DNA of 64,000 bases. Source: Pachysolen tannophilus NRRL Y-2460 (lineage: Eukaryota). Numbering within the stretch: the stretch's first letter is position 1; each line of letters starts with the position of its first letter. The position numbers and the translations under genes were made by a program. A model generated the notes under the pieces. The model ran no database searches. It worked only from the letters and a program-made list of their open reading frames with translations, and was not told the DNA's origin. Where the stretch lies: positions 62,001 through 126,000 of the forward strand of contig KV454012.1 in the NCBI GenBank assembly GCA_001661245.1, written 5' to 3'. Positions 1 to 12,100 of this stretch are shown here, piece after piece.

Positions 1-278
1 CTTTTGTATAATGAAAAAAAAAATAGAACAACAACTTTTACTTAGTTTGATGAGCATTTCATAGCATGATTTTTATCAAAATTAGATTTGAAACAGTTAC
101 CGTTAGAGACATCTTTCGATGTATCTATCCATCAATTTATCAATCTCTCGGTAAATATATAAATGTCTTTCAAGTACTTGATTCAATGTAAATTTTTTAT
201 TTTATTTTATTTTATTTTCATTCAATTCAATTCAATTCATCATTTTTAGATATATAAATATTTTTTATAAATTACATA

Positions 279-1163
279 ATGGCTACTGACAATTCAACTG
301 CTGATAACGACATTCATTCTGTCAAGAGTGATAATCAGGAAGGAGAAGATAAAGAATTTAATCCAGAAGATGATTATAGAAGTTTACCTAAAATTAATAA
401 GACTCAAACAGGTGCTTCTACAATTCGTCTTGATAGAGATAATATTTATCTTAATGAAATTCCAATTCCAAAAGAAGATTTTCAAAATATGGTTTATGCA
501 TTTGGTGGTACTTTAAATCCAGGTGCTAGAAGAGCTCCATTAAGAGAATTTGGTAATCCTGTTCCAGCTGGTTTATTTTGTTTTTCATTGACTTGTTTTA
601 CTTTAGGTTTAATAGAATGTGGTGCAAGAGGTGTTACTGACCCTTCAATTTTAATTGGTTCATGTCTTTGTTCTTCTGGTTTAGTTTTATTTATTTGTGC
701 TATTTGGTGTCTTATTGTTGAAAATACTTGGGGTTCTGTTGTTTTATTTGGTTTTGGTGGTTTTTGGAGTGCTTATGGTATTATATTATGTGATACTCTT
801 TTCGGTGTTAGTTCTGCTTATGAAACAACTCAAGATTTTAATAATGCTGTTGGTTTATTATTTGCAGGTTATGTGATATTCTCATTTTTACTTTGGGTTT
901 GTACTTTTAAATCAACAGTTCCATTTTTTCTATTATTTTTCTTTGTTTGGTTTTTCATATTATTATTGGATATTGGTATATTTACTGGTCATACAGGTGT
1001 TACTAAAGCTGGTGGTGTTTTTTGCTTTATCACAGGTATCTTAGGTTTTTATAATGCTTTTTCAGGTATGGCTGATAAAAGTAATAGTTATTTTGTTGTT
1101 CATCCTTGGTTCATGCCAGGTGCTGCAAAACCAAAAGATATTGAAATGGAAGAAAGATTATAA
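279..1163 (+). CDS. GPR1/FUN34/YaaH (ATO/AceTr) family acetate/ammonium transporter
   Basis: AFGGTLNPG and FGNPVPAGL family motifs; about 6 hydrophobic TM segments. Confidence 0.93.
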   Translation: MATDNSTADNDIHSVKSDNQEGEDKEFNPEDDYRSLPKINKTQTGASTIRLDRDNIYLNEIPIPKEDFQNMVYAFGGTLNPGARRAPLREFGNPVPAGLFCFSLTCFTLGLIECGARGVTDPSILIGSCLCSSGLVLFICAIWCLIVENTWGSVVLFGFGGFWSAYGIILCDTLFGVSSAYETTQDFNNAVGLLFAGYVIFSFLLWVCTFKSTVPFFLLFFFVWFFILLLDIGIFTGHTGVTKAGGVFCFITGILGFYNAFSGMADKSNSYFVVHPWFMPGAAKPKDIEMEERL

Positions 1164-1605
1164 ATATTGTTATTTTTATAACAATATTTTACTTTTCTTT
1201 TATTAAATTTATTTAACCACTTTTTTATTTTTATTTTTTGTCCAAGAGACTCAACTACATATATACTTTCAGAATAATATTTTGTTTTTTTAAATCACAT
1301 TATAACTTCTTCCCAGTAATTTCATCTATTTAAGCACATTTCAAGTCTTTTCCTCACCAACATAGAAACATCTTAAACTTTTTACTGCTATAACTTCAAC
1401 AATCCGGGGTCAAATTGAAAACATCTATTTTTTTTCAAATGCATGATTATGCAAGTAAATCGTAGTAGAGAAGACACTAGATAACTAATTATCTATATCT
1501 ACCATCATTACAATCAAAAAAAAAGAACAAAAGAAAGAACTCAAATCAAACTTGAAACTACCCTTTTTTGAACTACCAACTTAAATAGAAAATAATATGT
1601 ATTTT

Positions 1606-1637
<32 letters not shown>

Positions 1638-1739
1638 ATCTGTATATAATAACAATCTTGTACATAGAAATAGAGATAATGCATGAAATAATAGTTAGTT
1701 ACTATTACATTATGAAGGCGAAAATATATATATATTAGG

Positions 1740-2060
1740 AGCGTGAGCGTGCTCGCGCGCACACAACTACTATCTATCAGTGCACACAATTTGGTACTAG
1801 CAAGTACAAGTACGCACTTTTCCTACCGCACTTTTAATCTCAAGTGCTGTACCGCATTTGACTTCGCACATAAGAGTTTTAAAAACTTATAAGCGCACGC
1901 CCACATATACGCATTATAGTGTTGTTAGTGTGTACGCAGATAGAAAAACTAGTAAAGAAAAAATTACCCCCACATGTGCGCATTGCCACACACAAAGAGC
2001 GCGCGCACTTCTAAACGCGCTTTGATCCGAATGTTGTGTGACGATAAGCGCCGATAAGCA
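1740..2060. promoter_or_regulatory. GC-rich island with ~10 same-strand CGCA(C/T) motifs, CGCG runs and two GATAAG
   Basis: Motif cluster bracketed by (TA)n tracts at ~1610-1637 and ~2112-2143, upstream of ORF 2311. Confidence 0.45.
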
Positions 2061-2310
2061 AACATAAAAAACTATAAACACGTTCTATAAACATAAACCT
2101 ATTTTGTGTAATATATATATTTATATATATATATATATATATATTTAATTGAATTTATAAACAATATTTATTTATTTATTTTAATCATCGTTCACTTAAT
2201 AAAGCTAAAGCTTGAGCTACTGTTTTAAGCCAAATTCTTTAAACAACTTTCCAAATCTTTTTTCTTTTTTTTTCTCGTTTTCTCGTGTTCTCCGTGTTCT
2301 CCGTGTTCTT

Positions 2311-2928
2311 ATGTTTCAATCATTCGCTGCATTCTTTAAATCAAAACCACAAAACAGTATTAATAATACCGACAAGAATAATAATAATAATAATAGGAAT
2401 AAGAATAATGTCATTACGATTCCGAGAACTATAGAGATTACTGTTAATCAAGTTGAAGATGAGGATGATTTCATGGAAATTAGAACTCGGAAGAAATCGT
2501 ATTTGGAAGTTGCTAAAGATGCTCTAGTTAATCCTGGTAGAAATTTTGATAATTTTGATAATCCAATTATCTCTATTGATGGTGTTTTGAATAAAAACCA
2601 AAATTCAGCAATTTCAAATTCTAGCAGCGCTCGTACTGGTACTGGTACTGCTAGCGCTATTGGTGCTGGTAGTGCTACTACTGCCACTGGTAGCGCCACT
2701 GGTAGTGCTACTATAGATAATATAGATGAAGATCTGTTAGCCGCCTCGGAAACAATTTTGAAAAATTCTTCTTCGTCAACAGATTTTGATAATATCAATT
2801 ATAATTTGAAAAAATCTAATCGTCATAATTTAAAATTGAAAAATAAGAAAAATCCAGCTTATTATAAAGCAATGAAAGTTCATAGAGTTAAAAAGAAGGA
2901 TAACAGTAATAATAATAAAAGTTTATAA
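2311..2928 (+). CDS. Hypothetical low-complexity protein (205 aa from first ATG)
   Basis: Open frame from ATG 2311; N/S/T/A-rich with a KKSYLEVAK segment and basic C-terminus; family not recognised. Confidence 0.7.
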   Translation: MFQSFAAFFKSKPQNSINNTDKNNNNNNRNKNNVITIPRTIEITVNQVEDEDDFMEIRTRKKSYLEVAKDALVNPGRNFDNFDNPIISIDGVLNKNQNSAISNSSSARTGTGTASAIGAGSATTATGSATGSATIDNIDEDLLAASETILKNSSSSTDFDNINYNLKKSNRHNLKLKNKKNPAYYKAMKVHRVKKKDNSNNNKSL

Positions 2929-3292
2929 ATTAACTAACTAACTGAATGAATGATTGATTGATATTGTTTGATATCAATAATTTTGCAACAAACACATATC
3001 TTTTCCTCTTCTTCTTTTCTTCATTTAATTCTTTTTTATAATACACTAGTTGTTTTTTTTTTTGTCTTTATTATTTATTATTTTTTTAAAAACCTCTTAA
3101 CTTTTGAAGAAGAAGATATTCAAAACCAAAAAAAAAAAGAACCGATGCTGATGATAATCACTTTATTATTATCTTATAATATTTTTATTTATAATTAACA
3201 CTCTTAGATTTTTATTGTTTCAATTAATGCCCTCAATTAATAACGAATTGTTTATTATTATTATTATTATCATTTTTAAAAAAAATAAATAT

Positions 3293-4159
3293 TTAGATCA
3301 AATCATTAACATTATGATTTTTAAATTTCTTATTTGCTCGATCATAACTCTTGATTAAAAATCTATTCCCTATAACACTGAATTCTATTAATTCTTGATC
3401 ATTTATTGGTAAATAAAATCCAAATATAGTATTTCTCTTGGATATAATTCTGATACCACCAATTTTTTCCTTTGAAGTATAATTAACAGATAGTGTTGGA
3501 ATTGGAATATTAATATCATCTTTCCAATTATTATTTCTCGGTGTCACTATTATAAAATTATATTGTGATTCCCATATTACTATCCCAGCAATTCCAACAT
3601 TATTATATGTAGATGATTTTATTACTGTAATAAATGATCCTATAAGATCAGCAGAAGATAATTTTGATAACAGTGCTTGCACATTTGGTAGCTTATTATT
3701 AGATACTGACAACAAATTTTTAAGATACGAATTCCATAATTCATTAATCTTGATGAAATCTTCAAATTTTAAAATCTCATTAAACTCTTGAAAACTTTCA
3801 ACACTATTAGTGGTACAAGATAACTTTTTATTCAAGTTTTTTTGTAATTTTAAATTATTCTTGATGAACGTCTTAAACTCATTTCTTGTACGAAGTCCAT
3901 TAAACTTATTATTATTATTATTATTATTATTACCAGTATTACTGGTTATCTGTCTCAATATACTCAATGACTTCTTCTTTCTTTTCTTATTCTTTGACGT
4001 ATTATTATCACCTTCTGTCGGTTTCAATATTAAATAGTTTTTTTGTGATCCAGTGAGAGAATACCTTGAATCCAACAGGTCAACTATCTTCTTTTCATTG
4101 TTGAAATTAGAGCACCTGGATAAAAGCTTATACTCTATAGAATCTTTCGAATTGTTCAT
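3293..4159 (-). CDS. POP4: RNase P/MRP subunit Pop4/Rpp29
   Basis: INELWNSY, KLSSADLIGSFITV..S, GIAGIVIWES, GNRF...DRANKKFK; first ATG at 4159. Confidence 0.92.
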   Translation of the reverse strand: MNNSKDSIEYKLLSRCSNFNNEKKIVDLLDSRYSLTGSQKNYLILKPTEGDNNTSKNKKRKKKSLSILRQITSNTGNNNNNNNNKFNGLRTRNEFKTFIKNNLKLQKNLNKKLSCTTNSVESFQEFNEILKFEDFIKINELWNSYLKNLLSVSNNKLPNVQALLSKLSSADLIGSFITVIKSSTYNNVGIAGIVIWESQYNFIIVTPRNNNWKDDINIPIPTLSVNYTSKEKIGGIRIISKRNTIFGFYLPINDQELIEFSVIGNRFLIKSYDRANKKFKNHNVNDLI

Positions 4160-4333
4160 CTTCAATAATATCTTCAATAATATCTTCAATATAATTTCAA
4201 CTTCATATTAATTTAAATTGAAAATTTTTTACTTTATAAAAAAGGTGAAAAATTAAATAAAAAAAAAATTAACCAAAAAGAAAAAAGAAGAGATAAATTT
4301 TATAAATCATATTTACAAACAATAAATACGCAA

Positions 4334-6091
4334 ATGATCAAAAGTTTGTTGTTTTTGAAACCCCCAGCCGCGAGGAGGGCTCAGTTAGTTTCTTATTCAT
4401 GCTGCTGGCTACGACCATACAGTTCATCATCATCAAAACCGCCTTTCAAATATGCGGATATTCCATCAACTAAAGAAACTTTAGAAAATTTTCCAAATCT
4501 TGAAGGCTTCATCAATATTGATGCTGGTACCAATACTTCCGAAACGCATAATGAGGCAACTACTACTGGCCAGGTTAGTGATCCATTTGATTTCTCTGAT
4601 ATTCCTTTTTTCAAAGATGATGATATTCCGAAATTGAGTGGTTTACGGACTTCAAATGATAGCTTTAACACTTTTAATCCCAGAGTGGATGGTGATGAAT
4701 TATCAGGAATCGATTTTAATAGACTGTACGGTGCAAATGAGGTATTGGATATTCCAGGAATAGAAAAGCTTTTGAAAGATAACAATTGGGATGATGACAA
4801 GGCTTATGTTTCTGATATTCCACCAGAACAAAGTAACCCCATTATTGATATTAAGCAAAAACACAACAAGCTAAACGTTTCTGATTTCAAAAAATTTAAA
4901 CAGCTATTGAATGGTGATGTTAGTAATCCGAAAAATAAGTTAATTGATTTATATAAAATTGTTACTTCTAAAGATCCAGTAGTTTTAATATCTAGTTTCC
5001 ATAATCCATACATCAATTTGGCATTGGAAAATTATATATATGATCATACACCAGTTACTCATACACCACATAGTCATGTTCCAAGAAGATTAATTTTTTA
5101 TAAAAATAATCCATGTATCGTTATTGGGAAAAATCAAAATCCTTTTAAAGAATTAAATTTGCATTATTCTAACCTTAAAAATTTTTCGTTGTTAAGAAGA
5201 AACTCTGGTGGTGGTACTGTTGTTCATGATTTAGGAAATATGAATTTTTCATTTATAGATAGAAAGGAAAAGTTTAACAGAACTCATTTTACAGATTTGA
5301 TAAGTGGAAATTTGAATGAACTAGTTGGACAGGAAGATATCATGATATCTCAAAATAAGATAGTGATGCCCAAATCTTATTTGTCTACAAATGAAAAAGG
5401 TGATATTATCAACAAGGTTAACGAAAAGAAAATTAGTGGGTCAGCTTTCAAATTATCCAAAGGAAAATCATTACACCATGGAACAATGTTACTAAATGCA
5501 GACTTGAAAGCTTTGAAAAATTGCTTGAATTTACATGAGAATAAAAAAACTTTAATAAAATCAAAGGGTACCGATTCGATTTCATCTCATGTTGAAAATT
5601 ATGATATCGATGAAGATTTATTCATATATTCTTGTTATCAAACTTTTATAAAAAATTTCTGTGATACTGAGGAATCATCTTTAAAGATTGTAATATTAGA
5701 TAACTTTAGTAATTTGCCAGTTGAAGTAATCGATTATTCAAGGAAAATTCAAAAATGGTCATGGGTATTTGGAAAGACTCCAGATTTCACTCAGTACTTA
5801 TATAATAATAAGTATAGATTTAAAATCGAAGTAGAAGTTAAAAGTTGTTATATCAAAAATTTTAAAATTGAAAAAATGTTTAATCCTGAATCGTTACCAA
5901 ATTTAAGTTTAAAAATTGATTCAGCATTTGCTGAACTCAATACTTTAATTAATGTTGATGAAGAAAGAATAAAGTTCCATGGTGAAGATTTGAAGAAATT
6001 TATTGATGATGAAGAGTTGAAAAATTGGATAAGTTGGGAGATTGACTATAATATTGACTACCAAAACTTCAACATATCGATTGACGAATAA
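4334..6091 (+). CDS. AIM22: Mitochondrial lipoate-protein ligase (LplA family) with long N-terminal extension
   Basis: NPYINLALE, IVIGKNQNP, RRNSGGGTVVHDLGN, KISGSAFK, HHGTML; presequence-like N-terminus. Confidence 0.92.
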   Translation: MIKSLLFLKPPAARRAQLVSYSCCWLRPYSSSSSKPPFKYADIPSTKETLENFPNLEGFINIDAGTNTSETHNEATTTGQVSDPFDFSDIPFFKDDDIPKLSGLRTSNDSFNTFNPRVDGDELSGIDFNRLYGANEVLDIPGIEKLLKDNNWDDDKAYVSDIPPEQSNPIIDIKQKHNKLNVSDFKKFKQLLNGDVSNPKNKLIDLYKIVTSKDPVVLISSFHNPYINLALENYIYDHTPVTHTPHSHVPRRLIFYKNNPCIVIGKNQNPFKELNLHYSNLKNFSLLRRNSGGGTVVHDLGNMNFSFIDRKEKFNRTHFTDLISGNLNELVGQEDIMISQNKIVMPKSYLSTNEKGDIINKVNEKKISGSAFKLSKGKSLHHGTMLLNADLKALKNCLNLHENKKTLIKSKGTDSISSHVENYDIDEDLFIYSCYQTFIKNFCDTEESSLKIVILDNFSNLPVEVIDYSRKIQKWSWVFGKTPDFTQYLYNNKYRFKIEVEVKSCYIKNFKIEKMFNPESLPNLSLKIDSAFAELNTLINVDEERIKFHGEDLKKFIDDEELKNWISWEIDYNIDYQNFNISIDE

Positions 6092-6125
6092 GAAAAAGTC
6101 AAAGTCAAAGTCAAAAAAAAAAAAA

Positions 6126-6272
6126 NAANNNNNNNNNNNNNNNNNNNNNNNNNNNNNNNNNNNNNNNNNNNNNNNNNNNNNNNNNNNNNNNNNNNNNNNN
6201 NNNNNNNNNNNNNNNNNNNNNNNNNNNNNNNNNNNNNNNNNNNNNNNNNNNNNNNNNNNNNNNNNNNNNNNN
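6126..6272. other. Assembly gap
   Basis: Run of N. Confidence 1.
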
Positions 6273-6643
6273 GGTCATGGGTATTTGGAAAGACTCCAGA
6301 TTTCACTCAGTACTTATATAATAATAAGTATAGATTTAAAATCGAAGTAGAAGTTAAAAGTTGTTATATCAAAAATTTTAAAATTGAAAAAATGTTTAAT
6401 CCTGAATCGTTACCAAATTTAAGTTTAAAAATTGATTCAGCATTTGCTGAACTCAATACTTTAATTAATGTTGATGAAGAAAGAATAAAGTTCCATGGTG
6501 AAGATTTGAAGAAATTTATTGATGATGAAGAGTTGAAAAATTGGATAAGTTGGGAGATTGACTATAATATTGACTACCAAAACTTCAACATATCGATTGA
6601 CGAATAAGAAAAAGTCAAAGTCAAAGTCAAAAAAAAAAAAAAA
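6273..6643 (+). repeat. Identical copy of 5757-~6125 (3' end of AIM22), probably an unmerged contig overlap
   Basis: Same sequence at a 516-bp offset, starting immediately after the N gap. Confidence 0.9.
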
Positions 6644-6747
6644 ACTAGTATATATATATAAATGGTCATTAAATTATAACATTAATAGAAATATAAAAAA
6701 AAAAGAATATAGAATTATAGAATTGAAAGATGTTAATAGTAATACAT

Positions 6748-8205
6748 TCATATTTTAACATTTGAATTTCCGTGAGTTTCATTAGTTTGTTGATGCAGAT
6801 CATGGGTGAAATTTAATACAGCGCTGAAATTTTTCCATTCAGGATCATCTGATCTATGATATGGATTATCGTTAATTATATTTTCATTGTCATTCAAAGA
6901 AGAATCTTGTGGAAATTTTTCATGTTCGTTATGAGAATAAGTCATTTTTAAATTTCCTTCGATACTATTGTAAATAACTCCTAATTTCGATTTACAGTCG
7001 AAAATGTTTTTATTATTTGTTAGTTCTGCTTTCTTGTAGTGATTGTCTTGTCTACAATAATAACTTAATACAAAGTTGCCATTCTGGCTTATATCTCTTC
7101 TTTTCCTAGAAAATTGATAATTGGTTAAAGCTGATATCTTCATAATATATTTTTCAAAAATTTGATCATTAATTTTTTTCTTCAAGTAAAAAGCTTCATC
7201 TAAATTACTTAATTTAGGAACAACAAGGTATTCATTAATCATTGTTGGTAAATCTTTAACTATGGAGAATTTATAATTTTTAAAATATTTATAAGCTTGA
7301 TTTGAAAGACTTGCATTAATAGCATAAATATTAAATATAAAAGTTATTTCATCTTGTAATTTTGAAGAATTTACTTCATTCAGTTTGATATAGTTTCTCA
7401 TCATTTCAAAATTTTGTAATTTAATAATCAATTGATCCAATATTTTTTTGTTATTTTGAATTAAGAAAGAATTAGAATCTGGTTGATTAACTATAATTAA
7501 CCCAAATTTCTTTTCAATATATATGCTTGCAATGGATAGTAAAGGTGATGATACAAGATTTAATAAGCTCATCACAGTAGATGATTCTATAATACTAGTA
7601 GGTTGAACCAACTGAATAAAATCAGACATTATACTCTCATCCTCATAAGATACATTATCAACAACATTTAAATCTTTACTTTTACTTATAGTCTTAGCCC
7701 CAATTGATATGAAATCAAAACCTTTTGGAAACCTAGAAATTTCTGTTGCAGAAACAACCGTTTGAAATATAAGTTTAGTATGATGTCCCTTTATCATAGA
7801 ACAACTCACCAAATAATTTAAAAACTCTGTAGAATTATAAAATTTTTTAAAATCTTGTTCTTCCAGGTTATCTTTTATAATAGCTGCAGAAGTATTAGAA
7901 TCATTTTGAATACTTCCAGTTGTTATTGATTGTAAACTAAGCTCTGGTGCAATCCGTTCTTCTAACGACAGAAACCCAAGTCTTCTTCTCTTATTTGTTC
8001 TTTCCCTCTTATTCTTCATTCTCTTTTTTTGTCGGCATTTGAAACACCATTTATACTTGTAATCATCTACATCGTTTTGAAAATTACAATCACATTTATT
8101 ACATTTTTTAATTGAATTATCCATAACAGTTTCATCATTTATCTCTAGCTGAGAACTCTCTGTGGAATTGAAATTCACTATGCTATTAAAGGCTGATTGA
8201 GCCAT
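6748..8205 (-). CDS. Putative DNA-binding protein: N-terminal CxxC...CxxC finger plus NLS, C-terminal WRKY/FAR1-like C..C..HxxH finger
   Basis: KKCNKC...WCFKCRQKKR; SYYCRQD...FDCKSKL...YSHNEH. Confidence 0.6.
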   Translation of the reverse strand: MAQSAFNSIVNFNSTESSQLEINDETVMDNSIKKCNKCDCNFQNDVDDYKYKWCFKCRQKKRMKNKRERTNKRRRLGFLSLEERIAPELSLQSITTGSIQNDSNTSAAIIKDNLEEQDFKKFYNSTEFLNYLVSCSMIKGHHTKLIFQTVVSATEISRFPKGFDFISIGAKTISKSKDLNVVDNVSYEDESIMSDFIQLVQPTSIIESSTVMSLLNLVSSPLLSIASIYIEKKFGLIIVNQPDSNSFLIQNNKKILDQLIIKLQNFEMMRNYIKLNEVNSSKLQDEITFIFNIYAINASLSNQAYKYFKNYKFSIVKDLPTMINEYLVVPKLSNLDEAFYLKKKINDQIFEKYIMKISALTNYQFSRKRRDISQNGNFVLSYYCRQDNHYKKAELTNNKNIFDCKSKLGVIYNSIEGNLKMTYSHNEHEKFPQDSSLNDNENIINDNPYHRSDDPEWKNFSAVLNFTHDLHQQTNETHGNSNVKI

Positions 8206-8381
8206 TTTCCAATCATCCTATTACATTAAAGTATATATATATATGAATATATGAATATATATTTAAATGTATTATAATTTAAAGGTATTATTGAATTTTT
8301 TATTTATTTCTCAAATGGTGAAACTAAACTATTTTATTGTTACTATTAATTAAAACTAATTTCAAAACACAATAATAGATA

Positions 8382-8993
8382 ATGTCGGATATAATATCAC
8401 ATAAGAAGCAAATCAGGATCAAGAATAATATCAGCGATAATAGAAGGAGAGCTTTGAAAGAATTTTATAAGTTACAACAACTGAATAAACAGGAATTGAA
8501 TAATTTAAATACTATACGTGAAGATGATGGTAGTAGGAATGGCAATGGGAACGAAAATGGCAATGGCAATAACAATGGCAATGGCAAACTGGAACCGGAT
8601 TATAATAGTACTAATGATGAGGACTCAAATGATGCATTGAACTTGGAGAATTTTGATAAATATGTCAAGGAGAAAGATTTTAGGAAATTATTACTGAAAG
8701 AGAATTTAATAACAGAAGAATTAAATATCAATCAAGGTGAAATTAAATCAATAATTTATAATAACTATTATGAATTGATCAAAATTAGTAACTATTTGGA
8801 AAGCTTGAAGAAAGGAGGAGATTCGAAGGATATAAATAAGAAAACTACAAGCAATGTTATATTAAATGATGATGCCAAATTTACTGTAGGAGATGAAGAT
8901 AGTGATGAAGATAATGAAGACGCTTTTATCAAAAATTTAAATAGGATTAAAGAAGGAATTAGCGCAATTAAAAATACAGACTTTACTATATAG
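8382..8993 (+). CDS. VPS51: GARP complex subunit Vps51
   Basis: NRRRALKEFYKL and EIKSIIYNNYYELIKIS; adjacent to an ALY arrestin as VPS51/ALY1 are in S. cerevisiae. Confidence 0.9.
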   Translation: MSDIISHKKQIRIKNNISDNRRRALKEFYKLQQLNKQELNNLNTIREDDGSRNGNGNENGNGNNNGNGKLEPDYNSTNDEDSNDALNLENFDKYVKEKDFRKLLLKENLITEELNINQGEIKSIIYNNYYELIKISNYLESLKKGGDSKDINKKTTSNVILNDDAKFTVGDEDSDEDNEDAFIKNLNRIKEGISAIKNTDFTI

Positions 8994-9116
8994 ATATTGC
9001 TAATACATTAGAATGTCATTTTACCTAATCTAAAATCATAAAAACCCAATACTGTAAATATAAAAAAATGGTAACATAAAAATAAAGTATGATATTTTTT
9101 TTTCTTTTTTCAGCTT

Positions 9117-12100
9117 TCAAAAAGCAGTTGATATTCCATGATCGTCAGTATTACCATTATTATGATTTCTCCTATCACTTTTCACTTCATTAATACTACC
9201 AACTAATATATCCCTCTCGCTATTGTTACTGCTTCCTTCATTTTGAATAACATGCAAAGTATTATTGCTATCTTCAGAGCTCAAACTATCATGCAGACTA
9301 CCACTAGTTGCAACTGATTCTACATCTGCTAATCCATTTTTATGGGCAGAATTATGTATATTTTTGAAGACAGGAACTACCCCAAAGCTAGTGTTTCTTT
9401 TGGTCCTAGCATTTACAGGATCGACAGGACTTGGTATTTCTGGATCATCTAAATAGCTTTTATTGAAAAGTGTAGCATCACCGGGTTTAGTATTATCAGT
9501 AGATTTTTTGGTCTTAATAGTCAATGGTTTATTGATGCTAGAATAATCAGAATTGAAAGTATGCCAAATTGATTCCGACCTTTGCTGTTGTGGCATCGTA
9601 GAAGAATATTTATCACTAACGTCATTATTGGTAGTGGTGGTGGTGATGTTATTATTATTATCGTTATTATTATTACTATTATTATTATTATTAATATTAT
9701 TATCATTATCATTATTGTTGTCAGCTTTATTGTTATTATTCGAGATTGGACCTGATAAATCGTAATTACCAAACATCGAAGTTATATCTATGCTTTCATT
9801 TCTTTGATTAGCTTCATGGTAAGGAGAAGGATGATATAGACCTTCTCTACTTACTGTTTTCGACATTGCCCGAGAAGTGTTCTGTAACAAAGGCTCGCCT
9901 ATCATTGTATCCTGTACAGATGATTGTTGGGACAATTGTGAATGAAATGAAGACACTGAAGAATTTCTGCTTCCAGGGAAATAATTGGATAATCGCATCT
10001 GAGGTCTATCCAATTCAGAAGCGGTCATTTGAGGTCCAACATTAGTGTTATCTAAAGCTGTGGTAGCAGGCAGTGTTCCTGGAGAGCTTGGAGAGCCTGG
10101 AGAACCCAGTTTTGATGTTAACACATCATCAGCTTCAAATTCTAATTCATTCAATATCGATTCTGCTGTAGTCGGTAGCAATTGTCTCGGATGTGGTGTG
10201 TGTTTATTTGCTGATGTTGAAGAATTTTCACCGTCTACCGCTTTTGGTCTTGCAGAAGCGGTACGACCTCTTACTTCAGGTGCCACAGCCGATAAATTCA
10301 ATCTTGAAGATCCTGGAATTGGGGAAGGCAGCCTTGAAATTGAAGCAATTCTTTCCGGGCTAGTGGCTCTCATTATTGAGTTTGGCATATTTGGCGATAA
10401 TCCAGTGAATTCAAAAACGTCACCAATATCGGCTTCTTTATCAAGTTCATCATAAGGAGGTGGTTCATCATCACATGGTGGTGGAGAAAACTCAGCATCA
10501 AAAGGTGGGGGATTCATAGAAGGGCGTCTTAAGAAATGAATTGGTCTTGTCATTCTTTGTGAATTTCCAGAAAGTGTTAATTGGGATGAAGATCCTGTAT
10601 TTGGCAGCAAATCGACATTTTCCGGTGAGTTTACTAATTCCTTTAATATTGGTGATAATACTTGCATTTGTGGTGAAACAACAGGTGAGAATGGTTGAGC
10701 CTGAGGAGATGTTAATTCTGGTGCAATATCCTTTGGTTGATAAATATTTGAAGATAAATGCATATCTGGCACATATACATCATCATGGTATAATCCATGA
10801 CCACGAGGATAATGACGGTCACTTGTCATAATTGAATCTAATGAATTATCAACAGCCACAACACCCGGTGATAATGGAGGAACGTGTAAATAATCATGAC
10901 TATGATCAGGTAGTGAAGCTGCCAGAGAGGTAGTAAATATACGTCCATCATATGAAGGTAACAACGTATTTGCATGAGTTGCCAATGATGAAAGAACATG
11001 GATTGGAGAATCAATAGAAATTTCATAATGTCTTCTTTTCTCTGGGTTTTCTGGGTCTACTTTAGATAATCTAAGACAAATTTTGATCCAATGATGAGAT
11101 TGAATATTTTGATATGAAGTATCTGGATGTAATTTTTGTCTTTCGTTCAATTTTTCTGGAATGAAAACTTGGAATTCCAATTCTTTTGTACTAATTTCGT
11201 TATCTCCTAATAAATTATCATGTCCTTCAAGTGGTTTGTGTTCCAATAATAAATATTTTTTTGTTGGTTCTAAACGATGAACTCTTTTATCCCTACAATA
11301 GTATTCCAAATTTTCTGTTAAATAAACTCTAATTCTATGAAGCTTTACTTTTGCTAATGGAGTTAATCTGAAAGCCAATGGTAAATAAGTATTTAATATT
11401 AAAGCTTTTGAAGCTATTACAATTTCATAATTTAATTGATCTTCCCAATCTCTAGTTATGGCAATTGGTTCATTTTCTGATAATGATAAATCTGATGGAA
11501 TTCTAATTATCGTTATATCCTCTTTCCCAAATAAACTTGTCTTGAAAGCTCCAGCTCTTTCAACAGAAGCTTCCAAAGCATAATCAACAGAACCAAAAGT
11601 TACACCTATTGTCTCAGGTGTAGAAGATTCAATGGGCAATTCAAAGTTATATATATAATCTCCCGGTGGGAAAACCTTATTATCTGAATAGTCTGTTATT
11701 GTAGAAGCAGATTTGACCGATGTCAAGTCATTTGATGAGTTATTATTATTATTATTATTGTTGTTATTATTGTTATTATTATGGTCATTGATGTTACTCC
11801 CTGTCAAATGATTGAATAGATTTGTTGCAGCTGTATTTGACCTCGATCTTATTGGGGAAGGTGATGTAGCTCTTCTCAAGACGCTTGCTATTGAATTTGA
11901 ACTATCTCTATTATTTGCGGTCTCTCTTGATATTGTTGAAGTTAAATTTCTTGATACTGTTGGATCTAAACTAAAAGAAGAAATATCATCATTATCCTGT
12001 GATTGCCTATATATATTGGCACCTTTATTAGGCAAGATCACATCTGATGAAGAATTGAAAAAATTCCATTTATGTTTTAATATAGTATTAATCTCAGCAT

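Noticed and set aside
5757..6643. Apparent tandem duplication of the AIM22 3' end (ORF 6392-6607)
   Set aside because: Identical copies directly flank an N gap that follows a poly-A run, which is typical of an unmerged contig overlap
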